From: Azolla caroliniana
Lineage: Eukaryota > Plantae > Polypodiophyta
Direction of reading: 5' to 3'
Length of the DNA: 64,000 bases
NCBI GenBank assembly: GCA_043228905.1
Contig: JBHGNT010000021.1
Coordinates: forward strand, 744,001-808,000
Part shown: one piece after another, positions 51,268-62,856 of the stretch
Layout of the letters: every line of letters starts with the position of its first letter
Position numbering within the stretch: the stretch's first letter is position 1
The notes under the pieces: generated by a model
Seen by the model: the letters and a program-made list of their open reading frames with translations, nothing else
The model's database searches: none
Told to the model about the DNA's origin: nothing
Position numbers and translations under genes: made by a program

Positions 51268-51743
51268 TGTCATGAATACATAAGCATCATGAATATACAA
51301 GCAACATGGCTTCACTTGGGCTTGAACCCAAGACCTTGTAATACATAATCAAGAACCTAACCATTAAGATAGCATATGATCATATGAAATAATAAAAGCT
51401 ACTTCTTGTAATAGACTGACTATTGTAAATGTTCTGGACCATTCTAGAACATTCTAGAATATCCTAGAACATCTTAGAATATTCTAAGTCTAGAACATTC
51501 TAGAATATCCTAGAACTTCTTAGAATATTCTAGGTCTAGAACATTCTAGGACATTATAGAAATCACTAGGCTATAGGAACCTATAAATATAGACATATAA
51601 TTCTTCTCAAACCAATTCGAGTCAACACCAGTCTTAAGCTTTCGTCGCCTATCTTGTATCCATCTTCATTCTATCTTATTAATACATTCATTCTTCTCTT
51701 GTTGTGATCTCTTTACACTCTATCTTTTCTCTTGGTTCTGACA
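51268..51743 (+). mobile_element. Solo LTR (476 bp), related to the provirus A/B LTRs
   Basis: TGTCA...TGACA termini, TSD GATAG/GATAC (4 of 5 match), TATAAATA at 51582. The R-region AACCAATTCGAGTCAACACCAGTCTTAAGC resembles AACCAAATCGGTTCAACGCCAGTCTTAAGC of provirus B. Confidence 0.85.
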
Positions 51744-52360
51744 GATACAAAAGATTAGTAGTCACTTGTAACAACGATGTTTAACCCTTTAAACACCAAT
51801 CAATCCACGGTTGTTCTCCTGTTTGTAGAGGTAAGGGACCTTGCATCAATGGAATATTTCGTTCTTGTTGTGATCTCTTTACACTCTATCTTTTCTCTTG
51901 GTTCTGACAGATACAAAAGATTAGTAGTCACTTGTAACAACGATGTTTAACCCTTTAAACACCAATCAATCCACGGTTGTTCTCCTGTTTGTAGAGGTAA
52001 GGGACCTTGCATCAATGGAATATTTCGTTCTTGTTGTGATCTCTTTACACTCTATCTTTTCTCTTGGTTCTGACAGATACAAAAGATTAGTAGTCACTTG
52101 TAACAACGATGTTTAACCCTTTAAACACCAATCAATCCACGGTTGTTCTCCTGTTTGTAGAGGTAAGGGACCTTGCATCAATGGAATATTTCGTTCTTGT
52201 TGTGATCTCTTTACACTCTATCTTTTCTCTTGGTTCTGACAGATACAAAAGATTAGTAGTCACTTGTAACAACGATGTTTAACCCTTTAAACACCAATCA
52301 ATCCACGGTTGTTCTCCTGTTTGTAGAGGTAAGGGACCTTGCATCAATGGAATATTTCGT
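51697..52360. repeat. Tandem array, 166-bp unit x4, spanning the solo-LTR/LINE junction
   Basis: GTTGTGATCTCTTTACACTC starts at 51701, 51867, 52033 and 52199. Confidence 0.95.
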
Positions 52361-54704
52361 AGTTGTTGCCAAATAAACCCATAATTAGGCGGAATGCGTA
52401 ATAATTGTCGTGCTTCAACAAACTCCAAAATTCTTTGAGATGGAGCCTCAACTATATCTCCCACCTCTTTGTACCCAAACGAAACAAACGATTAAATTGA
52501 GAGCGTAATCTCTCCTTTCCTAGCCATATAATAACCGAGAAGACACAAGTAACTCTTTTTGCAAAGAATTACAATGCTCTCTACTAGATGATGGTTTCCA
52601 TACACATAACAAGAGTGCTTCTTGCCATGAGGTAACCAAGTCTTGAACACATGTAGAGCCCGGAATCCTAAGTGAAATACATCCATTTAGTAATTGCCAC
52701 CATAAAGCCTTAGTTGTTGTCCTCCCATGTGTTAAACCCTTGTTCTCAATGAAATATTGAACAATAGATATCCATGGTTGTGAGATTGAACACATGTCTT
52801 GTAATAATGAAATCTACGAGCCATCATATGCTTAGATAAATTCAATACTCCAGCTCCCCCTAAGCGCTTAGGACAACAAATATCGAAGAGGTTGCAAAAT
52901 AGAATGTAGAGCCTTCTTTGTCCATGGCAGCAATGGCAAGTAATATAATATCATAGGTTCCATAATACATTGTACAACCTTCAAACGCACATGAAATGAC
53001 CAAGATTGTGATTTCCAATACATGAACTTATCCCTCAACTTACTAGACATCTATTCAATCAATTGACCATTTGTAACATTCATTCCTAATGGATAGCCCA
53101 AGTGTCGAAAAATAGAGCCTTTCTTCACCATAGATCCTTGCCATCCTAAACATTCCAAATCTCTTTCAGTACATGATATGAGACTAGACTTCCTCCAATT
53201 AATATGTAATCCGGAAGCCACTGCAAATTGGTTCCATACAAGCATCCCCTTCTCAAGATTCTCTCGTGAGGCTTGTAGAAACATGAAAGAATCATCAACC
53301 AAAGCTTGTGCAACTAGTTGCCCTCCAGACGGAAGGTGTAGACCCACAATATCATCATTTGTTGCAAGCCTTGATAGCATCACTAACAAGGGATGAGTAA
53401 CAATAGCAAACAACAAGGGGCTAATAGGGCATCCTTGACGAACGGATCTTGTAAGGGCAATATCTGATGTAACTCCTCCATTAAGTATGACTCGAGACAT
53501 CGCATCGTGTCCTAATAAAAATATGAGGTCCAAAACCCATTGTATGCATTAACCCAGAAACAAAGGACCAATTAACATGATCATAAGCTTTCTCCAAATC
53601 TAATTGCACCATAATCAATTCTTGATGAGTGTTTCGAGCATAATCCATGGCCATTTGAACATTCAACACATTATGCAATATATTCCTGCAATAAAACCAT
53701 ATTGGGCGGGATGTATCAACTTTGGCAAATACTTTTGTAATCTATTTGCCAAGACCTTTGTAAATATCTTATACAACCCCCCCATCAAAGAAATAGGTCT
53801 CCATTGATGAAATGACTCTGGAGATGCCACCTTTGGAACTAATTTAATTAGACCAACCTTCCAAGCTTGAGGCATACGACCAAAATCTCAAGAATGTTGA
53901 AACATCAAAGTTAAGGGCCCCTTTAAAATGTGTGAATATCGCTTAAAAACTTCATTTGTCAAGCCATCCCAACCAGGGCTCTTACCACTACGAAGATGCC
54001 TTAAAACTGTGTCCACCTCATCCTCAGTGAAATCCACATCCAATTCATGACTAATGAGGTCATGCACAATACACCCAACCACATCATAAAACTCATGACG
54101 TGCTCTACTCACCTCATTTGTCATTAACAATTGTGGGCCAATCAACTCCTTAAAGTAATGAACACATATGTGAATTATTTTAGTAGGATCCACTATCTGT
54201 CATGATATGGCCAGACTCGAACCCATGACCTTATGCTACATGGGTCGAGCTCTTGACCATTAGACCATACATTGTAATACGTAGAATATTATTTTCATTT
54301 ATGTTTTATTATAGAAAATTGATGTATATTCCAGAGAAATCTGGAACATTCTAGAAACTTCAGGAGTATTCCTTAGAACACTATAAAAGGAGGCACGAGG
54401 CATTATTTCAAACCAAATCGGTTCAACGCCAGTCTTAAGCCTCCTAGCTACTACTGTACATTCTCTTCACATAATATATATCTTTTCTTATCATCTCTCT
54501 CTCTCTCACTCACTCACTCTTTCCTTCTCTCGAGAGTTCTTCACCTCTCTTAGTACTAATACTTCTTTTAGTACTAATTCCTTCTCTGTCTTAGTACTGT
54601 TCCTGACAGTTTGAACCGATTTCTTGGTCGATCTTCCTTTCCTCCTCTTCCTTTCCTTCTTTTCCTTTTATCTTCTTATTAATCCTCTTATCCTCCCTAG
54701 TAAA

Positions 54705-55847
54705 ATGGAAACTGTTAGCGCTCATGAATACCAATCTGTTTTCTCGGAACTCCAGTGCTTAAAAGAGAAATTTGTAGCACTAGAACAAGAAAATCATCGC
54801 TTGTTGGGGGATCTTCAACAAATAGCGCTGGAAAAACAACAACAACATGGGGAGCTGACACTACATGTACAACAACTCGAAGCTACTATCATATCATTAC
54901 AAGAACAAGGATCAAGCACTCAAGGGATTCACAAGGAACCCAAGATCGGTCTTCCTGCAAAATTTGATGGGACCCGATCACAGTTTAGAGGGTTTTTGAA
55001 TCAGGTACGTTTAGTGATACAAATGCATCCTTCTCAATATCCCACCGATGCATCACGAGTGGGACTAGTAGGCACTCTCCTTAGTGGCTTAGTGTTAGCA
55101 AGGTTTGCTCCATTGTTGGAAAAGGATTCTCCATTATTAAACAGTTTTGAAGAATTTATAAGTGAGTTTAAGCCCTGTTTTGGAGATACTGACAACATAA
55201 GGACTGCAATCAACAAAATCCGGCGATTACGCCAAGGTGATTGTCCAGCTTCCGCATACGCTGCAGATTTCCGCCTACTCGTTGCCGATATCCCTTGGGA
55301 TGATCACGCATTGATGGAGCAATTCCGTTATGTCTTACGCAACGATGTCAAGGATTTACTCTTGACCTTCCCCGAAGAGCCAAAGTCATTAACAGAAGCA
55401 ATTAGTCGCGCGGTGAGATGCGACAACCGCCTCTTCGAACGACGTTCGGAACGACAATTCCAGATTCCGAGGGCAAGATCAGAGCCTACCTATGCCTCAG
55501 TGGTAGCAAAACCTTTTTCGAGGGAGTCATATAATGGGCCTCCAGCAAGTACTCCAACTCCGATGGAAATTGACACCACACATCGTCGTGGACCGCTATC
55601 GGAAGAAGAAAAGCAACAACGCCGAGCAAACCGACTATGTCTTTATTGCGGTGGACCAGGGCATATCACGGTAAACTGTCCCCATAGGCCAAGAAGGCAG
55701 GTAAACCAAATAGTTGCTAGTTCTGATTGTACTAAACCCGAGTCTATTTCAGTAGGGATATCTGATAGTCCTAATAGTACTAATAGCCCAAATCTAGTGA
55801 ACAAATTTGATGTCCTTAGTCAGTTAGAAGAAGAGTTAAACGACTAA
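54705..55847 (+). CDS. gag: Gag (coiled-coil N-terminus, capsid, CCHC zinc knuckle)
   Basis: Open frame from METVSAHEY; FDGTRSQFRGF, LRQG, PTPMEID, CLYCGGPGHITVNC. Confidence 0.88.
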   Translation: METVSAHEYQSVFSELQCLKEKFVALEQENHRLLGDLQQIALEKQQQHGELTLHVQQLEATIISLQEQGSSTQGIHKEPKIGLPAKFDGTRSQFRGFLNQVRLVIQMHPSQYPTDASRVGLVGTLLSGLVLARFAPLLEKDSPLLNSFEEFISEFKPCFGDTDNIRTAINKIRRLRQGDCPASAYAADFRLLVADIPWDDHALMEQFRYVLRNDVKDLLLTFPEEPKSLTEAISRAVRCDNRLFERRSERQFQIPRARSEPTYASVVAKPFSRESYNGPPASTPTPMEIDTTHRRGPLSEEEKQQRRANRLCLYCGGPGHITVNCPHRPRRQVNQIVASSDCTKPESISVGISDSPNSTNSPNLVNKFDVLSQLEEELND

Positions 55848-55897
55848 GTCCAGCCAAAATAGGAGCCGTTTGGTTGGACAGCCCTAGATCTGTGTAG

Positions 55898-58767
55898 CCC
55901 ATTAGTGGTTCCATTCCCTCTAAGCAAGTTAGCAATGTGTTCGTAGCCAAAGCAACAGTTAGTACTAAAAGTACTCCTCTAGTACATGTCTTAGCACTTC
56001 TAGATTCCGGAGCTAATTCTTGCTTCATGGATAGGAAATTTGCCCAAGCTCATCGGATATCTCTCAGAAAACTCCCGTGTCCTGCCCTTGTAGTAGTCGC
56101 TGATGGTCGTCCCATTGCCTCAGGAAATATCATAGAAGAGTCAGAGCCTGTTAATATTGTCCTAGATAATCTAGCATGTGTCATATCATTTAATATAATT
56201 AGCATCCCAGAACACCCCATTGTCTTAGGATTACCATGGTTCGAATTACATAACCCAGACATAGATTGGCGGACAAGAGAAATCTGGCATCGAAAAGCCC
56301 GAGGGTCTACTCATGAGATTGCAACGATTTCACTACATCAGTTGCGTGAGGAAGGATGCAAGGAAGAAATGTTCCTCTTCGCAATATCAGTAAAACCCTC
56401 CAGCACCACTAAAGAGGAATCCATCGTCCAACTTCCAGAGAAGTATCGTCAGTATGCCGATGTGTTTGATAAAGTACAAGCCAATACGCTTCCTCACCAT
56501 CGACCATATGATTGCCCCATCGATTTACAACCGGGGAAAGAGGCACCACGGGGACCGATCTACAATCTGTCACCAACCGAACTGGAAGTCCTTCGAGCCT
56601 ATATAGAGGAGAATTTGGAGAATGGTTTCATACGACATTCGAAATCTCCAGCCGGCGCACCCATTTTCTTCGTCAAGAAAAAGGATGGCTCACTTCGGCT
56701 CGTTGTAGATTATCGTGGCTTGAATAAGGTTACAATCCGAAATAGGTATGCACTCCCCCTTATCTCAAGTCTTCCATTCATCATCGAAGCGGACGCATCG
56801 GATTTTGCATTGGGAAGCATTCTATCACAACGAGGTAATGATGAAAAGCTACATCTTGTGGCTTTTCACTCACGCAAGTTTGACACCGCTGAAATCAACT
56901 ACGAAATTCATGATAAAGAGCTATTGGCTATAGTGGACTCTTTTATGCAATGGAGGCATTTTCTAGAGGGATCTTCTCATCAAGTCACTGTATTCAGTGA
57001 CCACAAAAACCTCGCCTATTTTCAAGACGCTCGTGTGTTAAATCGACGTCAAGCTCGGTGGGCCCATTTTCTCATGCATTTCGACTTCAAGATTACATAT
57101 CGACCTGGGAAGCATCAAGGGAAAGCAGATGCATTATCACGGCGTTCGTACCTAGCACCGCGTCCCGGCGAGCCAGCTTTCGATAACCAAAAGCAAGTAA
57201 TCTTGGGACCGGCACGACTGCAAGCAACACAGGTCTTTGGCATGCCCATGGATTCCCACGTTATCGATATCATACGTGCGGACCTGAAGACAGATGCTTT
57301 CGCCCAAGCTATACTAGCACAAATTGATCCCTCTCGAGCGTCGTGTTCATAGTCGCAACCACCAGGTACGAACTATAGGCAATTCAAATACCATGATGGA
57401 TTACTCTTCTTTAAAGAACTTTTGTATGTTCCTAATGGTTCTTGCTGCCTTCAAGTAGTACAAAACTGTCATGACACATATACAACCGGGCATTTGGGTA
57501 GTACTAAAACATTAGATTTAGTACAACGATCATTCTGGTGGCCCCGTATGCGACAATTTGTCGAAGATTTTGTTTGGACTTGTGCAGAGCGAAAATGCCA
57601 AGGCATCATCCATATGGTTTATTAGAACCATTACCAATTCCAAGCAAGCCGTGGCAATCCATTGCTCTAGACTTCATCACAGATCTTCCAGTCTCTAAGG
57701 GGTTCAATGCGATTCTAACAGTGGTAGATCGATATAAGAAGATGGCTCATTTTTGGCCATGTACTAAGGAAATCTCCAGTGAAGACACCGCCGAAATTGT
57801 CATGCGTGAAGTATGTCGGCATCATGGACTTCCCAATAGTATCATCAGTGACCGTGGACCCCAGTTCGTGTCAAAAGTTTGGAAGCACCTTTTTAAAATG
57901 CTCAAGGTCACTTGTAACCTCTCCTCCGGCTACCACCCACAAACCGACAGCCAAGCCGAACGAACAAATCAAACGCTAGAGCAGTACCTGCGGTGCTTTC
58001 TCAGTTATCATCAGGATGACTGGGCAGATATTCACCACTTCGCCGAATTTGCCTATAATAACTCTATCCACGCATCGACTAAAGTTACGCCATTTTATGC
58101 TTATACGGAATGTCACCCCCGATGGTGTGTACTTGAAACCCCAGAGGTGTCCACAAATCCATGCGCGGAGGATCGTTTGGAGCGGTTACGCAAGATACAA
58201 GCGGATTTATCTACTCATCTCCAACAAGCTCAGCAAACACACAAGGTTTATGCGGATCGTCATCGACTCCCATCCAGTTTTAACATTGGAGATCGGGTAT
58301 GGCTACTCCGACGACACATCAAGACTACGCGCCCATGCGAGAAGTTGGATTATCGGCGATTAGGTCCTTTCTGTATTATAGGAAAGATTAATGATGTCGC
58401 TTTTCGTCTCGATCTACCTCCACAACTTCGGATACATCCGGTGTTTCATAGCTCTCTCCTCGAACCCTATCAAGAGAGCACCATCCCAGGACGTATTACA
58501 CAGCCTCCACCCCCGATCGAGCTTGAAGATGGACCTGAGTATGAGGTTGCCGCCATCCTTGATTCCAAGATTGTTCGCAACAAGCTCTACTATCTAGTCG
58601 ATTGGCTAGGATATAGTCCCAGTGAGCGTACTTGGGAACCGATAGAGAATGTCACCAATGCTCGTGCTCTTCTTGAAGACTTCCATCATCAATATCCAGA
58701 CAAACCGGGTCCTCAATCCAAAATGACTCGTTACACTCGTCGTTTTAAAGGGGGGATAGTGTCATGA
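55898..58767 (+). pseudogene. pol: Pol (protease, truncated RT, RNase H, integrase, chromodomain)
   Basis: LLDSGA; RT N-terminus fused directly to RNase H; stop at 57352 and a frameshift near 57580; integrase LDFITDLP / ISDRGPQF / [15 protein letters not shown] motif; chromodomain YEVAAILD...YLVDWLGYSPSERTWEP. Confidence 0.92.
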
Positions 58768-61372
58768 TATGGCAAAACTCGAACCCATGACCTTAGAACA
58801 CTATAAAAATTGATGTATATTCCAGATTTCTCTGGAACATTCTAGAAACTTCAGGAGTATTCCTTAGAACACTATAAAAGGAGGCACGATGCATTATTTC
58901 AAACCAAATCGGTTCAACGCCAATCTTAAGCCTCCTAGCTACTACAGTACATTCTCTTCACATAATATATATCTTTTCTTATCATCTCTCTCTCTCTATC
59001 TCTCTATCTCTCTCCCTCCCTCTCACTCACTCTTTCCTTCTCTTGAGAGTTCTTCACCTCTCTTAGTACTAATACTTCTTTTAGTACTAATTCCTTCTCT
59101 GTCTTAGTATTGTTCCTAACACTATCCATTCATCGCCTTGCTTCACATGTACCACATTAGATCGAGTATAAGTAGGATGTAATGCTTGGAAAAACAAATG
59201 GGATTGACATTGATTATCTATGAGCCCATCCCTTAATTGTCGCATCTTCGCATAACGATAACTTTGGCATTGCAACTGAGAAATAATAACATGCAATTGA
59301 CTTTGGATATCCAAAAGCTCCTCATCTAAAGGTGCATGTATCAATAATGCATTACACCTAGAGAGAACTTGTGAGAATTTTAGAAGAAGACCTCTTCTTC
59401 GTTGAGCATTAATTACTCCATACATACGATGAATGATCTTAATATTTCGTAATGTGATATCCCATGCTTTAACTCCTTTAAGATTCACTTCTTGTGAAAA
59501 ATTTACCAAAATTTGCTCCATGAGAGAATCAAAATGAGGTTGAAGCAAAAGAGAAGAGTTAAAGCGCAATGGAGGATTTCCAAGTAAGGATTTATACATG
59601 TCAATTGCATGACCACAAATCTCCAAACAAATAGGAAAGTGATATGAAGTTCCTACATCTTGTAAAACTGTCATACGAAGTGATGTTGATAAAAAAGAAT
59701 CATTGTGCATCACATACATTTTATCTAATCGACTCCATGTTTGTCTATGTTGAGTAGATTGGAAAGTAAAACCTGGATCCTTCCCATACAATCATGTCCA
59801 AACATCCAACTTCAAAACCTCCATAGCCAATGAATCTCAAGCAAGTTGCTCAGGATCATCCATGATTGAATGTTCAGACGTAGATTGAGATGCATCAACA
59901 CACATGTTAAAATCACCCATAAGTAATCCTGCATGGCCCACACATAGGGTTTGACGGAGTGAGCCCCATAATGCAATATGTTGAGTGGCTTGGTTAGGGG
60001 CATAAATCCCAACCACCCACACAACCTCGCCAAAAAATGTGATTTCTAGAACCAAAAACCGACCATAAGGATCATTATGCACCACCTGAGGAAAATACTT
60101 ATCCTACACGATTAATATCACACCTGAATAATGATTATTAAGATGTCCTGCATAGAATGATGAATATCCACGCAAATGAATTGTGGATCCTGCTAACTCA
60201 TGACACTTATGCTCAACTACACATAATATATACCATTCTTTACTTAATAAAGTTTGCCATAATATATACTTCTTATGATGAGAACATGCCCCTCTCACAT
60301 TCCATGTTACCACTTTCATTCAGTCAACAATGTTATGGGTGCACTTGCTCCTTTAGAGCAACCGATGTCATGAAACTAGTCAAAGCATGTTCCAATGTTG
60401 CATATGGATTTTCATGCACCACATCCTTAGAGTTATCTATCGAACTCTTTTGTTTAGGTTCTCCTGGTTGAGGAAAACCTCGAGAATTCGATGAATTTAC
60501 AACCCGTCCCAATGAATCAAATTGATGGTGAAGGGGTAATCCCTTATCCCTAAATTGTCTTTGCCAAGGAACTTTTCGAGGTCTCACAAGTAGTGGGCAA
60601 AATATTACGTTGCATATTCATTGATTTGCCCTTCGACTTGCCCTTAACCTGATGTCAATCCTTTTCAACAACATCGTTACTAGTTCTATCCAACAGTTTT
60701 TTCCCCTTATCTATAACCACCCAATTTTGTTTTTCCATATCCATAGATTGAGTTCCCTTATTCTTAGGGCCCAAACCTTGAAGTGAAACCTCTTTATAAC
60801 CTGCTCTAGATGATGTTCCATCATCCATAACAACCACCATATCTGACACACCAACATCTCTCCCAACTCCTTCGTTACCATTCCCTTCATTAGGAACCTC
60901 TATAGTTGAAGGACAATGACGATGGCATTCCGCCACAAAATGACCCCATTCACCACATCCAACACAGTGACCTGCAAATGTCTCTCACTTCAATTTAAAA
61001 CAAAGTCTTTTCATTCTAGGTGTGTTCCTACGCACCCATCTTGGCCTCTTACGACTTGTATCCCATAACACACAAAATCTGCACTTATTTGTAGCATTTG
61101 CATGTGGAGATACCAACACTTTACCCATTTGACTCATCAACTCTGGTAAAAGTGGCCATAAAAAAGCATGCTTACAATCCACTGTTACCCAAACAGGGCA
61201 TTCTTGTTTCAACAAAGCATGATAGTCCACAACATGGGACCATTGCATTACATGCACCAATCGTTTATCAAAAAACACTAGAACTTTAGCCAAAAGTGCA
61301 CTTCGATGTTCCGGTGAACGAAACACTACATCATAAAACCCTCGTGGTCCTGACTCCTGCATATATATTTTC

Positions 61373-61375
<3 letters not shown>

Positions 61376-61435
<60 letters not shown>
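61376..61435. repeat. (CT)n microsatellite
   Basis: Pure CT run. Confidence 0.95.
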
Positions 61436-61438
<3 letters not shown>

Positions 61439-61659
61439 GTTTTGGAGTTGTCCCCACTCCTCCTAACTCACATTTTGATTTTGTCCCAATATTAGAACTA
61501 TTTTATAACAAATTTTTTTCCAAAAAAACATATCCTTCCATTAGTTTTAAAAAGCATATCAGCTACAAAATACAAAATAGATGGGAAGGAAGCGACTATC
61601 CTTCCCAAGCCCGTCTTGTGTAAGACAATGGCTAGCCATGAATTCTTCGTTTGATAGAC

Positions 61660-62436
61660 TTGATTGAGCACTTCCTCAAATTTCCCATTCTCAACATATC
61701 CTACAATCAAGTGCATTCCAAGAGACATGTTTCTGGACTGAAAGCTTATTAAATACTACCATGAATTTGCATATGCTCGAAGCAAATCAATCTTCCTCAT
61801 CATGTTCATGTTCAAAATATCCAGATATATACAGTCCACAAACCTACACTTTGGATTGGATGCTTGTCAAACAGTTCTTGTGCTTGTGATAAGATACTAT
61901 TTTTTGCACACATATCAAATAAAACATATATAATATCCTGAAATTAGTGCATTCCAAGAAGCTTCATGATGATTCCCAAACCGGAAGCCCCTTGAGCACT
62001 TTCTTTGCTTTTCTTACTTGACCACATTTGGCATACATATCCAATGCCATGAGGACAAATCTTGACTAGGAAGTTCATCAAACACTAGATGAGCTTTTTC
62101 CCAGTCATCACATTTGGCATACATGTCAACAAAAGCATTCCCAAATTCATCTAGTCCAAGCATTATGCTCTCTTTCTCCAACCTTTCCGATTATTCCAAA
62201 GCTCTATAATTGTATCCATTATCTACATAGCCAGCAATCATGGTGTTCCAAGATACAATATCTTTTAAGAAAAGATTATCAAACGTATTGTAGGCATCCT
62301 CAAGACTACTACATTTTGCATACATGTCAACAAGAGTGTTTCCAAGTGTTGAGCCCACCTCAAAGACTAGTTCCACAACCTCAAAATGGATGATTTTGCC
62401 ACTATCTAGTGGTCTTGCGCTCGAGCATGCTTTCAA
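61660..62436 (-). pseudogene. PLS-class PPR pseudogene fragments
   Basis: KACSS...GKIIH...LGNTLVDMYAKCSSLEDAYNTFDNLFLKDIVSWNTMIAGYVDNG and further NAFVDMYAKC / IVGYVENGKFEE remnants with frameshifts. Confidence 0.85.
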
Positions 62437-62856
62437 AGGTTCACTAACGTGACTTAGTTTGGCCTAGAACTGTTTTATAACATAATTGAGTTATATATAA
62501 TATACGAGCATTTTGTACTGTGTTTTGGTTTCCATCATGTGCTCTTGAGTGTAATAAGTCGAACTGTATTTTTGGGATTCAACTTCACAAATTCTCGACA
62601 TTGAAATGTGACATGTTTGGCAAGATGCATCTTTCTTTTCTTTTCTTTTCCAAAAAAGGAGTTACTTTCCCATTGTTTAGGAGAGATTTTTACAGAAAGT
62701 CTATACAAGTATGTAAGTCGAGGAATCACCCCCCCGGCCAAGATGCATCTTTCAACTTCATAAGTCTTCATATAATTTGCAATGATTGTTTATATAGTGT
62801 GTTTTTGCTATAAATATACATTAGTTTATAGCATGAACAATAAGATCATAACAAAA

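Larger units (their letters stand above)
54198..59121 (+). mobile_element. Ty3/Gypsy chromovirus (Tcn1-like) provirus B, RT-deleted
   Basis: 5' LTR 54198-54608, 3' LTR 58760-59121, TSD CTATC, PPT 58747-58759. Same family as provirus A. Confidence 0.96.
50562..61375 (-). mobile_element. L1-type LINE B (decayed), host to a provirus and a solo LTR
   Basis: ORF1 remnant with CCHC knuckle CVGCGEWGHFVAEC (about 60925-60966). ORF2 start MKVVTWNVRG at 60319; APE motifs IYAPN, GDFN, SRLD; RT motifs KSPGWDG, WRPISL, LDLEKAYD, SVRQGCPISPLLF, LVDDS, RHLG. Both ends abut (CT)n runs; the 3' boundary is approximate. Confidence 0.88.

Noticed and set aside
51697-52360. CRISPR-like array
   Set aside because: Whole units are identical with no unique spacers; eukaryotic context and no cas genes
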